Shown here one piece after another: positions 51,552 through 64,000 of a stretch of DNA of 64,000 nucleotides. This DNA comes from Geosiphon pyriformis uo1 (Eukaryota > Fungi > Glomeromycota). The notes below the pieces were generated by a model. That model saw nothing but the letters and a program-made list of their open reading frames with translations, had not been told where the DNA came from and did not search any database. Each line of letters opens with the position of its first letter. Within the stretch, counting starts at the first letter, position 1. Made by a program: the position numbers and the translations under genes. Location of the stretch: contig JAAOMT010000379.1 of assembly GCA_016748015.1 (NCBI GenBank), positions 296,042 through 360,041 of the forward strand, written 5' to 3'.

Positions 51552-54500
51552 TATTCATTTTTCACCCCAAAAATAAGTACTGTTGGAGCAATGGTTTCAC
51601 TTTATCTATTTCTTAAACCGCCAGTTGTGATTACATTCGGCAAACTATGAAAATTTTGCAGCTTTTGTTGATTCTAAAAATTAAATTTTATCATGTGACT
51701 TATTCTAACGATATAAGCTTCGTTTCCGTTGGCAAACCTGAGATATCATCAATTGAGAACTGAATTTTTCATTATGTCTCCCCAGACAACAATATTCAAC
51801 TCTTTTCCAGAAGTATAGATATGTACAGTTGGGGAGCACGTATTTCAAGAATCTGATATTGTCTTATATTGTTAGCCGTTAGAATTTCTGAATATAATTT
51901 TTCGCTCTTCACAATTGATAAAAATTGTAACTCGAGGAAAAACCTTATTTTTACCTCATTTGAAGAAATTTTGATAGTTCTCATTTGATGCTTTCAGAAA
52001 AATATAATATTGTTTTTTGGTTTTAAAATTTTTGAGATGCCTTTTAAAATTCGCAAAATTTTTTATCTCTATCAAATATTTTGTGTTACCTGTTCACAAT
52101 TTTTTGATAATTTGCATAGTTAATAGTTTCGACTCTAGTAGGGAACTTAGAAGTTACAAAATCATATTATAGGTGAATTCAATTGAGAAATAAATTTTAA
52201 AATAAAATCAAAGTTAACGAGTTTCTTTATTGTCAGACCTCGAATGAAAATGGATTAAAGCAAATTTAGCTATATAAAAAGTGAAAACTCTTACCTTTTT
52301 ACTTTGAGAGTAAGTTTCGAAAATAAAAAAGATTGGCATGATACAAAATAATTCACATTATTTCCAATTATATTCCAAACTTTTATTGAACACTTTTTAA
52401 TGAAATAAAAGCCAAAAATAATAATCACAAAAAGAAGGGTTTATGTTTGCAACTATATTTTTTCAAGATTCCTGAATTTTTGACTAATTTCCCACGTTCC
52501 CTTTTTGCATAATGAGTTAATTTATGCATGTGGCAATCTGGCATTGAAAAAATCCTTTCTCTAACTCGATATTTGCAATTTTTCAAGAAAATATTCCATT
52601 CAGATAAAACTTTGATAATAAATAACATTCTTTGATTGGTAGTTAAAAAAGTAGCTTGAGAATTTTGAACAGTTATGAAAGTCAGACATTTTTTACCGTA
52701 ATAAAAGTACTTGACTTTTTTGTCCGTCTTGTTGTTCTCGTTTTTCACAAAAGTCATGTTACCAATATTTATTTATTATCAATTTAATTGTAACAATCAT
52801 AATTTGAATTGTGAGGAGCCAGCAATTTAACTCATATCAAAAAATTTTAGAAATCAAAATTTTTTAAATAAAACTTTGCTTCATCTATAATCTCAAAAAA
52901 AAAAGGGTTTTGAAAGTGCTTAAATGTTTTCACCTAAAATTTCACAGTTCAAATTACAGAAAAATTTAATAAAATTAATTTGCAAAGGAACTAAATATGG
53001 CCAAGCTATTGAGACGGATAAAGTTATAGAATGATTAGTAAATTTTAGTTTCAAAGAAGTGACACAATTCGATTTGTCAATGAAAATTTAAAAATTATCA
53101 TTTCCTAAATATTAATTAAATTTTTTCACATGAAATTCCAAACATTTGAAATCCCTTCTTATAATTAGTAATTGATTAATTAAACATTTTTCAGATATAT
53201 ATACCGTATAATTTTTGGCGATAAAATCATTAAATATTAATTCCAAAAAGTAATGATTTGTAATACTTTATCCAAGGTTTTTACCATGCGGTATTTGATT
53301 GAGTAAATATATGATGGTTTCATTTGTGATTGATCCTCTGAACTATAAGATGAAAAAAAAACTTTATCGAAATTTTTAATTAAACTTGAAATAAATAGTT
53401 GAAATTCAGGTCTTAAAATCAAAATGATCAGCTGAAGGGTAAAAACTGGCCGGCCGAGAACTAGAAACTCACCTTTTGGGATTACCAAATATGATTAGCG
53501 GAGATTAATCTAAAAGTAAAAGATGCCTTGAAATCGCAGGATGTCTAAAACGATAAGCTTTACAAACATATGATAAGCTTGTAAGTGAACTAGCATTTAA
53601 TATCGCTAAAATTAATAAAGTTTTAGAATAAAAAGAACAAAAATTTTTGGAAAGAAATTAAATTGGTTGAAATTTCAAAAATAATAAAAAAATATTATTA
53701 ATACCAAAATTTATGCAAATCACCTAAAAATAAGAAATATTTTTCAAAAAATGGTTAAACAAATCTCTGACACTTTTTTGTTAGTCGTCATGATAATTTT
53801 ATGCCTGTATGGGATAATTACAGAATCTTTTCCTCATGAACAAAGACGGTAGCTATTTAATCCTGAGCAAAAATATTTCATGAATATATTCACAGTTTAA
53901 TGAAAAAACTTTTGTATTTTAAATAGGACTCTTTCAATGAAGGTCAGAAATTATCGCCAACCATCAGATGGTTCTAATACCGGCGGAACCCAAGGGAATA
54001 CTTCCATAAAACCCGAGATGGCTTAAATCATCTCTCTTTTGGTCAAATAAAGAAGATTGAAGGATCGTTCGGTCAAAGAATCCAGCAAACTGCATTGTAA
54101 CTGAACATTTTGCTTATTAAATTATGTTTAATTGTAATGTTTTTATAATTTTTCTACTACATGTATTATACATTGTACAAGCTAATCAAACATATTATCC
54201 CCCATCTTAAATTTATAAACCTGAATTTAGTTTAAAAATTTTGTATCCAGTTTGAAATAATCTTTTTGGAAACTACCGCTTAGATTTTTTAAGCAAAAAG
54301 GCCAAAAAATAGGCTGAATTTTAAAAGGAAAATGAAAATTAATTTAATTTTTAAATCATAATGAGAATAGTTTAAAAATTAATTATTTTACATATTGAAA
54401 CTAGTATATTTTGTTTAAAATGAATTCGCCTAATTAATTCGTTAATATTTTACACACATAAATATACAAGTATTAACGATATTGACAATTGCTAAGAGAA

Positions 54501-55344
54501 ATTTATAGAATAATTAACACATTTGTGAATATTAAATATGCACTGTCAAACATGAACTTAACCCTTTGAAGAAACGATCTTTTGAAATTATTCTGTTTTA
54601 ATTACCAAAAAATCGCAAATGAGAACCATATATTTGATTAAAATCTTTGACTTTTGTTCAATCAACCGTAAACCAAACGATCATTATCTGAACAGAGTTA
54701 ATTTTATCCAGACCATTAGTCAAAGAATACTAATAATCTACATTCAAAATTAATTTGATTGTTTTTTTTTTTATTAATGACAAACTATATCTATTTTTTG
54801 TCAATATTACCATTATTACTGATGTCATGTAATAAATATTATGGTTGTTTAAAGCTATTTACATTTACCAAACTATTTCTTATTGTCCACACTGACTACA
54901 ATAGTTTAATTCTCTGTATATACTTTTTACAAATCTGGTAAGTGAATATTCAATATTAATTAAAAAATACCAAATAAATGTAATAAAAATTTTTATCATA
55001 TATATCTAAAATAAAAATAAAAAATCATTCATAAATTTTTATTTTTTAACAATATAATTTGCATAAAAATATTATTCTTTAATGTTATAAAAAATTAAAT
55101 AATTTAAAAAATAAATTTTACTTGATAATAATTAATTTCAAATTTATAATTAATTTTTTTATATTATTATATAAATTAATCAAAGATTCAAATGTAATTC
55201 TTCTCTAATCATTCAAAAAATATTTAAAAGTAATTATTTTTCACAATATAATTTAAACAATTAATAAAATATTTATTTGTAAATTATTTAAAAAGAAATG
55301 TATACAAAAATATACAAAACACTTAAATATGTATAAATAAGATC

Positions 55345-55386
<42 letters not shown>
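55345..55386 (+). repeat. (AAT)n microsatellite
   Basis: Direct reading. Confidence 0.9.
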
Positions 55387-55387
<1 letters not shown>

Positions 55388-55739
55388 TAAATTAAATTCT
55401 TATTAAGACAAAAGAAGATGGTCTTCAATTAATATTTTAATAATTTTAAAATATTCAGTCACACTTTTAAGATTTCGTTTTTTTTTAAAGATTGAAATTC
55501 TTGGATATATATTCAATTTAGTCAAATCTTAAAAAATATCAATTTACAATTTGAGATTCGTATTCATTGTTCTTTAAAATTCTTATAATAGTTCGCTTAA
55601 AAGTTTTGATTAAAATTTTAAAATAAATTAGATTCAAATAAAAGCTCATATAAAAGATTTTGTTTTTACTATTTTGAAAGCGGAATTAAATTGCAATTTT
55701 GTACATAATTCACATTAAAAATGAATCAGTCAGTCAAAG

Positions 55740-56677
55740 GAACGTAGTGAGCAAGAGTTTATCTATTTCTGGAGTGAGTGAAGATTCAGTGTGAAAATTA
55801 AGTAAATTCACTGAGCTACTTATCACAACTGTACGATAAAATGTTGAAAAGTTGAAAAAACAAGAAAATTTGCCGTAATGATTGTCCCAAAAATATTACA
55901 AGACATGTATCGAGAAAAGTAGGTTAATGTGTTCATAAAAAATATTCATTGTCTCTGGAAAAGAATTTTTACTAAACTAGATACAGAGGGAGTAGAGATT
56001 TCTTATCGCACAATTCGCAGACATATATTATTACTTGGATATATGAAAAATCTATCAATTATTATGCCAATGCTAGCGAAAGTTCAAAACAGAAACGTGT
56101 TGAATGGGCCAAATTTCATCTTAATTTTCTGATATAAATCAAAGATCGTGCAAATTTTTTGCATGGGAGGTTTTTGTATAAAGAGAAAATTAGCTTATTT
56201 TGTTTTTGGCATATTATAGATGTTAAGATTTATGTTGAAATTAGTGAGATACTTTAAAAGAAATTAAGTTTTCAAAAATATAAAAATCACAAACTTACAA
56301 GTCAAATAACTAAGGCGTTTCTTGAGGAAAATGTATTCAAAGTTATTGACTGGCCGTCGTGTAGTTCGCACCTAAATCATATTGAGTATCTGTAGTTTAT
56401 TGTTAAATGTTAATTAGAAAAACCAAATGGCACAAAATATGGATAATTTGGAATGATATATGCTTTAAGAATGGAATTCTTTGCCAAAAACTGTTTTAAT
56501 CAATTTAGTAAATTAAATGTCGTGGGGTTGCGAGTTGATAAAAGTAAAATAATTGCAGATTAAAATTTTATATCAATAAAATCTGTTACTTTTGGCCTTT
56601 CTAAACAATATTAACCATACGATTCTCGTGTGAACTGTGATCAATTTGTAAAGTTAATATTTTTTTTGGCACACTAT
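55740..56677 (+). mobile_element. Second Tc1/mariner transposon relic
   Basis: Remnants ISYRTIRRHILLLGY and KQKRVEWAKFH (HTH region), VIDWPSCSSHLNHIEYL* (catalytic motif) and EWNSLPKTVLINLV. Possible TIR end ...GGCACACTAT near 56677. Confidence 0.78.
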
Positions 56678-57443
56678 GCGCAATAAATAAAAGTAAAAAG
56701 AAAAAAATGTAACAAAGTCAATTATCTGAAATATTTAAAAGTGTAATACATTTTAATAGCTATGGAAATTAAAGCCAAAACATATTACGTTTATTAGATT
56801 GGAAAAAAAAAATTTACCCAAAGGAGTTGATAATAATGTCGAGATAAATAGATAAACTAATCAAGAAATTATTTGCAAACCTCAAACCAGAAGAGATACT
56901 CTTAAATTTTAATTTTTTGAAATAAGATAAGGATATCCCATGACATTTTCTGAGTGATCAGATATTCCTAGCTCTCATCTTCTATTTGATAATGCCCAAG
57001 TCAAAAACATATCAGAGCTTAATTCAATAGAATTGTCTTCAACATAAGGGAGAAAGTCGAGAAATACTATCCCAAACATTTGCAATAGAAATTTCGAAAA
57101 ATTCTTAATAAAGATCCAAAGTAGAAGAGATATTCTTAGCCATTTCTCACAAAAAAAACTGGTGGTTAACAAGGCTATGAACCCATTAGCAGAGTTTACA
57201 ATCAGACAGAAACTGACTTGGAGGAGGCAGTAATTAAAAACAATTATTTAATTTATATATTCGATGCCAAAACTTGTTAAAAAAGTTAGAAAAAAAAAGG
57301 GTTTGTTTTTCAATAATAAAGTTACTATTATTACGTTTATCGGGTAAAAAGAATCGCTACCATTTTTAATCTTGAAAAATTGTCCTAATCTTTGTCACCC
57401 GTCTGAAAATAAAGTCAGTATTTTACATTCTTTTCAAAAATTT

Positions 57444-58285
57444 CTAAATGAGTTGACTACAATCCCCCATTTTAATGCCGAAATAAGGTCCATCATGGAA
57501 CAAATCACCCGGAACATTGATGATTGATTGTCCTCCATTACATTCCTAAAGAGAAGATTTCTTCAAATTTTATCGGTTTAAAAAATTTTCTTTAAATAAA
57601 ACTTACCATATTCTCACTAGTCCATTTCTCAAGCCATATTCGTCTTTATGTCTCTTGAAGGAATTGATTATTACAATCCCAATAGGAATATGGATGAAAA
57701 TTAACATCATCGAGACAATTGCAATTTTCTAATGGCTCAATCCAGACTTCAGACCCAAAATGGTTCCAGTTTAATGGATCTGAAGGAGAGTGTGGTACAT
57801 GATCATTTCCATGGGTTATCCGATGATGTTTGATTAACCCATTTGCAAATCTACTAAATCGGCTATTTCCAATTCTCGGAGCTCCAAATGTTGTCCAATA
57901 TTATCTAGATCTATTTCACAGGCCATAAATTCGATTCATGAATTTTATATCTTTGAATAGCCCATCGAATACCAGCGATTGAGGCGTATGCTAGTATTTT
58001 AGAAATATAATAGTATTTCAGATTTTTACTATCGAAACTAAATAAAAATTTCTTAGTTTCTCAAACCTCCACGAATAGCATGACCAACGAAAAAAATTTC
58101 CATCGCCTTGGGACTTTTTTTTAAAAATTCATGTATATTTTCTAAAATTCTAGGAAATATGGGTTCAATAGTTTCCAAGAATAGTTTATTAACACGGGCA
58201 TCATCGTCAAATGTTGGGAAGCCTTTCACTTGAAATAAAAGTTGTCTATTCATCACATTAGACCAGGAATTATTATTTTTTTTCT

Positions 58286-58325
<40 letters not shown>

Positions 58326-58914
58326 AATTTCTATTTAGTGAATTTGATTCTAAAATGCTATTTCAGTGAATGACTAATAATTACTGGTCCTCCAAAGTAC
58401 ACAACTAAAGCCGTTTGAAGGTCTTTACTTGTGACAAATCGAAATTTGACTAAATAATAAAAATTTAAGATAAATAGCAAAAAATAATATTTGATATGAA
58501 GTTAACTTAAATCAAATTGTTTTATTCTAAAAGAATCACACCATCTATGAGCCCACTTGTTAAATTGCAATAGGCATCACTTGCAAGGTATGCCAAATCT
58601 TTATAAAGCGGTAATAAACCTTTTTTATGATTCAATAAAGTTTTAGGAAGCGATTGAGATCGTTTTGTGATTCGATTGAATTCGAAAGGAACTTTAATTT
58701 GATTTTTCCAATCAACCAAGAGGGGGAAAGTGAGATTTCTATCCTGTTTGTAAATATTTTGAATTTCTAGAGCTTGATGATGAGAAAATATCCCCCCTTT
58801 AGAATTTTCATGTGAAAAAAAGTGAAATCCAAAGTATAAAAGTATTGAAACGATAATTTTATTTCTGCAGAAAATTTTAAAATTTTTCATAGTAAAAATT
58901 TTAAAAGAATTCAT
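57444..58914 (-). pseudogene. Class-3 lipase-fold pseudogene, paralog D
   Basis: Exons 58914-58542, 58449-58385, 58283-58067, 57990-57607, 57545-57444. Elbow is VGHAIRGA. Frameshift(s) with TAG at 57913-57911 before TFGAPRIGN, and an in-frame TAA at 57648-57646. Retains RITHGNDHVPH, HFGSEVWI and HDGPYFG. Confidence 0.85.
58286..58327 (+). repeat. (AAAG)n microsatellite inside a lipase D intron
   Basis: Reads as (TTTC)n directly before the TAG acceptor on the minus strand. Confidence 0.85.
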
Positions 58915-60786
58915 TATTCTCTTCAAGCACCATAAGTTAGGTACCTAGTTTATTATCTAATTTAAACTTGTTTGCCTGCAATTTATTATATTCCGAGTTA
59001 AAATAAACATTTCAATCATTTTTGTTCAGAAGATTTGCGAATTAGTCAAAACCAAAACCAAAATTTATTTATTTATTTGTGTATTATTACTCAAACTGCT
59101 ATTTTTTTTTAGATTATCTACTAAAAATCTTTAACAGCTAACAAGAACATATTCTAAATAAGAATATATCTTATGCAAAACCCTCGAAAACACGATTAAA
59201 TTCCATAGAATCTCTTTGAATTTCTGAAAACGTTATGTATTTTTTATGATATTATAACTTTAAACAGCAACTCTTTTTAAAATTCCATTCATTGCATATT
59301 AACTATACAGAACTAAAATTTATTTCAAACTAATAAATAAATTGAGACTAGTTAATTTTACCTTAAATGGTGTGATCTTACCTTTTTAATAAGTAAAATA
59401 TTATTTTCAATATGCTTTCCATCATGAATTTTCGCTTTAAAAAATTTTATTTGACAAAAGTAAAAAATTTCAATAAAGACGATAATATATATAAGAATTA
59501 TAGCATTTCAAAATATTTTAAGAATTTTGTAACAATTTTAAATTTCCTGTCTTTTAGTTGACAAAAAAAAGTATTTATATTTAAAGTCGATGAGTTTTGC
59601 TGGATAATAAAATATTTCCTCATCTATGTCCTTCCCATATGTAGGCACTAGCTCTAATATGCACATCATCTAGAAAACTTTGATAAAACCTAATTGATTA
59701 AAGAGTCGGAGGAAACAACCATAAGAGAAATAAAAAGTTGGGTAATATTACAAGATATTTGAGATTGATTAAATAAATAAGCAATTTATACAAATTCGTT
59801 ATGCTTTATTCTATTGGGACAAGTAATTGTAAAAGAAACTTGTATCAAGTACTTCATATCATAGATATTCAATTTTTTTTTAGTACTAAAAGAAAACATC
59901 ACAGTAGAACATTCAAAGATTTTTAGAAGAATTCAGTGAAAAAGCTACTTTAAAAGAAAATTGATGCATATTTTAATCTCTTGAAAATGTTGTTAACTTT
60001 GAACAAAAAATAAACGGAAATATTAAAATTTTAACTTTTGAATTTCTTACATTGGTTTAAGTAAAAGAAAATTGAATAGTTAAAAAATTTTGAATTCTTA
60101 CTAAAATAGTAATATCAAAATTTCAATTTCAGAATTCTTGGATTCATTAAAACACTTTTCGATACACATTATTAAGTAAGTAAAAAAGCTTTCTTTTATT
60201 GAAAATATTTATAAAAATTAGAAAGTTAGTATCAAAGCCAAAATTATAAATGATGATGAAAGGTCGAGCGAAATCAAAATCTCTCTTAGCTGATCGCAAC
60301 CTCCAGCAAGCTATTGGCGTTGAATTTGTCAATTTGGGGCAGGAAATTGATCATTAATTAAAAAATATGATTCAATAATGTCAATCGCGAAAGAATTCCA
60401 TGCATTGGAAGAAGAGGGCATTGATAAACAGAATTTTATTTGTGCCAATGTGTTCTTAAATTAAAATGGAATCCAAAGACGCTGGTTATCATTGTTCTGC
60501 TTGCTTAATGAAAAAAACTAATTATAGAAGTTTGGATAAGCGAGTAGCTATGAAATGTATTTATATAGACGAATGAAAAAAATCAAAAAAGTATGGAATA
60601 AAGCTCTAATAGTAGTTTCCCAAAACTCTTTATAAAAATTTTAGTTAAAGTAGTTGTCATATTTCGTCTTATTGTGGTTTTATAAAATTATTTATCTAGC
60701 AAATTTTCTTCACCTGTTTTGTTAAAAGCTTGAAAAATTGCTGCCTAAATTATATAATGCTTTGAAATGTTATAATATATTAGGAT

Positions 60787-62069
60787 TTAACCCTCCCTCT
60801 TCAATTTTTTCCGGTTTAAAGCTCTTTCCTCTTCTATCCACGAATCATCGTCCCAAGGCTCTTCATCCGAGGGCCACTCTGCAGTCGTATCGCTGAAATA
60901 ATAAAGCATTATATCGTCATTTTCTTCAATTGCAGACTCTTTTCCATTAGAACCTGATACTTGAATTCTAGGTAGGTGAGATTCAGTTTGATATCGGTTA
61001 TAGTTTTCCAAAATTTCCCAGATCGATCCTTTTTCGTACTTTGTCTTTATAGCTGAAAAGAACAAGTTAAAGTTCAATAGATTATACATATAGTGAAGGA
61101 AGTTAGAAATTTGAAAAGCTTTAAAATATACAATCACTTGGAAAATAAAATATTTGCTTGCCTTTTGTTGGTGACTTCTTATCATTCGAAAAAGTTTTTA
61201 TATAGGTTCTAAAATTTTGTTGACTCTGAGCTGAAACTACTCTTTTAAAATGTCGGTCTATCTCTATTCCTGTGAAAGCCATAGTTTTTTTATCTGGCCA
61301 CTGGATATATTTCTTTGAATTATGAGAGCTAAATCTAACAAGTTGTTATTCGTATGTGTAAAAAAAAAACAAACAATTATGCATATATTTTGTTATATCA
61401 AATAATTTTTGGTCCTATAATTATTTTTGACCTTAAAACTTACCTATCTTTACTTAAGCCTGAATTTTTTTTTTCTTCCCACAATTTTTTTGACAAAGAA
61501 AATGGTGACTCAGATTTAAGTGTTATCGAGCTTTTGCTTTTTGATTAAAAAAAAATGGCATTAATATATTACCTAAATCCAAAGAGATTTTATTGGGACT
61601 GACTGAATCTCACCTTAAATTATCAGATGTCAAGATCCCCTCTTCATATGATATGTATTTCACTAATTTTTCAGAAGTTTGATTATTTTCCTTTCTAACC
61701 TTTAGGAAATTGATATCGTGATTGTCTTCAAAACTCAAGAGGTAGACCAAATATTGAAATTTTTTTTAAAATTGAACAAGTTTTTGAAATTTTTGAATCA
61801 TCAATGTAACCTTTGCAAACTTACCACACATTCGATAATGTACCCAAAGATCCTGTATTATTGTTAATTTGCATCATTATGTGAGCGTCGGAACATTTAA
61901 TCTCAGCTTTAATACCAGAATTTTCGACCTCCATTTCATTCCCAAAGTTTGGCGGTGATGGTAAGCTATCATCAGCAACTTTATCAATGTCCATATAAGT
62001 AACGTGATTATATTTATTGAAAGAATTTCTATTTTTAAGGGTATCAAATTTATGATCATTGTTCATCAT
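60787..62069 (-). CDS. Multi-exon hydrophilic protein of unknown function (internal exon structure partly uncertain)
   Basis: ATG at 62069 with a GTAAG donor near 61824. Internal open exons SFEDNHDINFLK..., SITLKSESPF... and SHNSKKYIQWPDKK.... GC donor at 61161, then a last exon 61052-60787 with acidic WPSDEEPWDDDSW and a basic RKKLKR tail. Confidence 0.5.
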
Positions 62070-62399
62070 TATTTTTCCCTTCAGAGAATTATCTGAAACC
62101 TGATAGTATAAATTTTCTGGACAATATTTTGGAGGTGATAGAGAAGCTTTGCTAATAAATTTTTAAGGGGTTTATAAATGAAACTGTGTACTTGATATTC
62201 TTATAAAATTGTTAATCAGTGATATTTTACAATTGGTGCTGGGGTTTGACACAGATGATGATCAATATTTTGCGGACACCAATTTCACGCGCGTTATTTG
62301 GAAACAAAAAGTAGATCATTTTAATTTATAATTTAAAATATCACATTGGTGATTGGAATTTTTCCAGCTCAGTAAATATAATTAAAGAAAAAATTCTTC

Positions 62400-63065
62400 T
62401 TTTAAAGAAGCCATTAAGTGTTATCCTCCGGTAGTCATTGTTAATGTTGTTAAGAAATATGCTAATACACTAAGTTTTGGTAATTATGCTCAAGATTTAA
62501 GACAGCAAGAAGTCACGAACATCAAATATAAACTTCATAGACCTATGGAGGCTTATCTTATTGGTAGTACCAATCTAGAACAAGACATTTTGGAGACCAT
62601 GTCATCAAAAATATTACACCAAATAGTATTGTATCTCTTGCCAGTTTTCTGAAGGTGTTTCCTGGTGGTCTACTCAAGGGCATTGCTTTTGTAAAAGATG
62701 CACCAGAACTTACTTCTCTCGATTGTTATTGTTTATTTTGAAATTGATATTTGTTGTCATACAAACATATCTTTTATAAATATGTATATGGTAACACAAA
62801 GTTGTTAACAGCTAATGCTTGGAGAATGTTTAAAAAATTATTTGAAGTTTATTAAGGATGTAAATTGATGAAAATAGATGTTTTAAAATAAACAAAAGAA
62901 GAAAAAAAAGTAGAAAATTGCCATCTTGTTGTAAATGAGTTAACAGAAAGACTGCATAATGTGTATTTTAAAGCTAAAAAGAATGGTGTTGGACAAGCAG
63001 CAATGTTTATTAAGAAGTTAGAGGCTTCTTTGTATTCACTTATCAATAATTTTGATACAACTTAA
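62400..63065 (+). mobile_element. Internally deleted MULE (Mutator-like) transposase relic
   Basis: KEAIKCYPPVVIVNVVKKYA...QEVTNIKYKLHRPMEAYLIG is followed almost directly by a decayed SWIM finger (LDCYCLF*N*YLLSYKHIF, from CxC...LPCxH) and a C-terminal VNELTERLHNVY helix. The DDE core is missing. Confidence 0.65.
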
Positions 63066-64000
63066 TAAAATTTTTTGATCTTATTCAAATGTCTAAAATT
63101 ATGTTTTACATTAAAATTATATTTAATTTCGACCAATAGTAATGTTATATTTTATATAATTAAAATAAATCAGGTAATGAAATCACGTAAAATGTACTCC
63201 GCTTTAGCCAACCTCCCAATTAGGATAGATCCGGAATTTTCGTCATTCCTTTTCCATAAATAGCATTAATTGATCTAATGATAACTTTTAATAGGATGCA
63301 AGTTGGATAACATCATGGATATTTTTGGCAATAAATGCTTGAGCCATTTTACATTTCTGTCTGCCATTTACATCCTAGCATTCTTTTAATTTCGAAGAGA
63401 TGGGTGCAAAGAATTTCACTATTCATTATACCAGTAAAGTAAAATAAATTTATCTTTCCTTTTTTATAAAAACCACTTCAAGCAAAAACTTTTCAGTATA
63501 GCCCAAGTTGGTTGCAAACCTTTATACCAAAATTTTAATGTGTTCCAAAATAAACAAAATGCTGTTTATTTCCAATTTTTATTCAGATTTTTGTAAGTTT
63601 ATTCTCTTTATACTTATTTGTAAGCATTAGTGTTACTAAAAAAAAGATTTTTTTGATATTTAAAAACTTTCAAATGTCTTTTTTTTATAAGATATATTTA
63701 TATCATTTTTGACAACTTTATTGTTAAAATTCTTGTTAAAATTATGAAATTCTAATAGATATATTGTTTTAATACATGTAAAGCATTTTTTTATAATTTT
63801 TTAAAACCAACTATTATCTATTGTATGCTTCACTATTTCCATTTTTTTGAGCTTTTAAAGAATATCATAAATAGTAAAACATGATATTTTTGTTGTCTGT
63901 TGTATTTTATCTGCATTTTATGTTTTCTTTTTTCAGAAATATAATAAAGTTTGCTACTGCATTTTTATTTGAATGGAAACATTTTGTAAAGAAATTTTTG

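Noticed and set aside
53240-54100. Exon-like GC-richer fragments on the + strand
   Set aside because: Stops in every frame and no identifiable homology.
63170-63430. Minus-strand RMLGCKWQ, reminiscent of an HMG-box helix
   Set aside because: Single short motif surrounded by stops; no other HMG signature.
1-64000. CRISPR array, rRNA or tRNA genes, prokaryotic operons
   Set aside because: No regularly spaced repeat-spacer array or RNA-gene signature was seen, and the complete genes carry spliceosomal introns.

Overview
AT-rich, intron-containing eukaryotic DNA from an early-diverging fungus. The gene mix (Sel1-repeat protein, BTB/KCTD-like proteins, expanded class-3 lipases, GH125, CE4) points to Glomeromycota. 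The lipase-3 expansion fits Geosiphon or other Archaeosporales, but that is inference. Spliced models were built by hand with phase checks. They comprise four class-3 lipase paralogs (two with a GFSWG elbow, one intact gene lacking the nucleophile Ser, one pseudogene), two BTB paralogs, GH125, a secreted NodB-type chitin deacetylase, a multi-TM protein, a Zn-dependent MDR dehydrogenase, and a 117-aa His-rich protein missed by the ORF track. Intergenic DNA holds decayed mobile elements: two Tc1/mariner, one MULE, and a broken Fanzor/TnpB-like nuclease C-terminus at about 13.2-13.7 kb. Main leads: the Fanzor relic, the apparent conversion of secreted lipases into pseudoenzymes, a duplicated lipase-BTB unit, a long GC-rich hairpin at 17.7 kb, and pervasive C>T/G>A decay of repeats. 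No rRNA, tRNA or CRISPR array was recognised.
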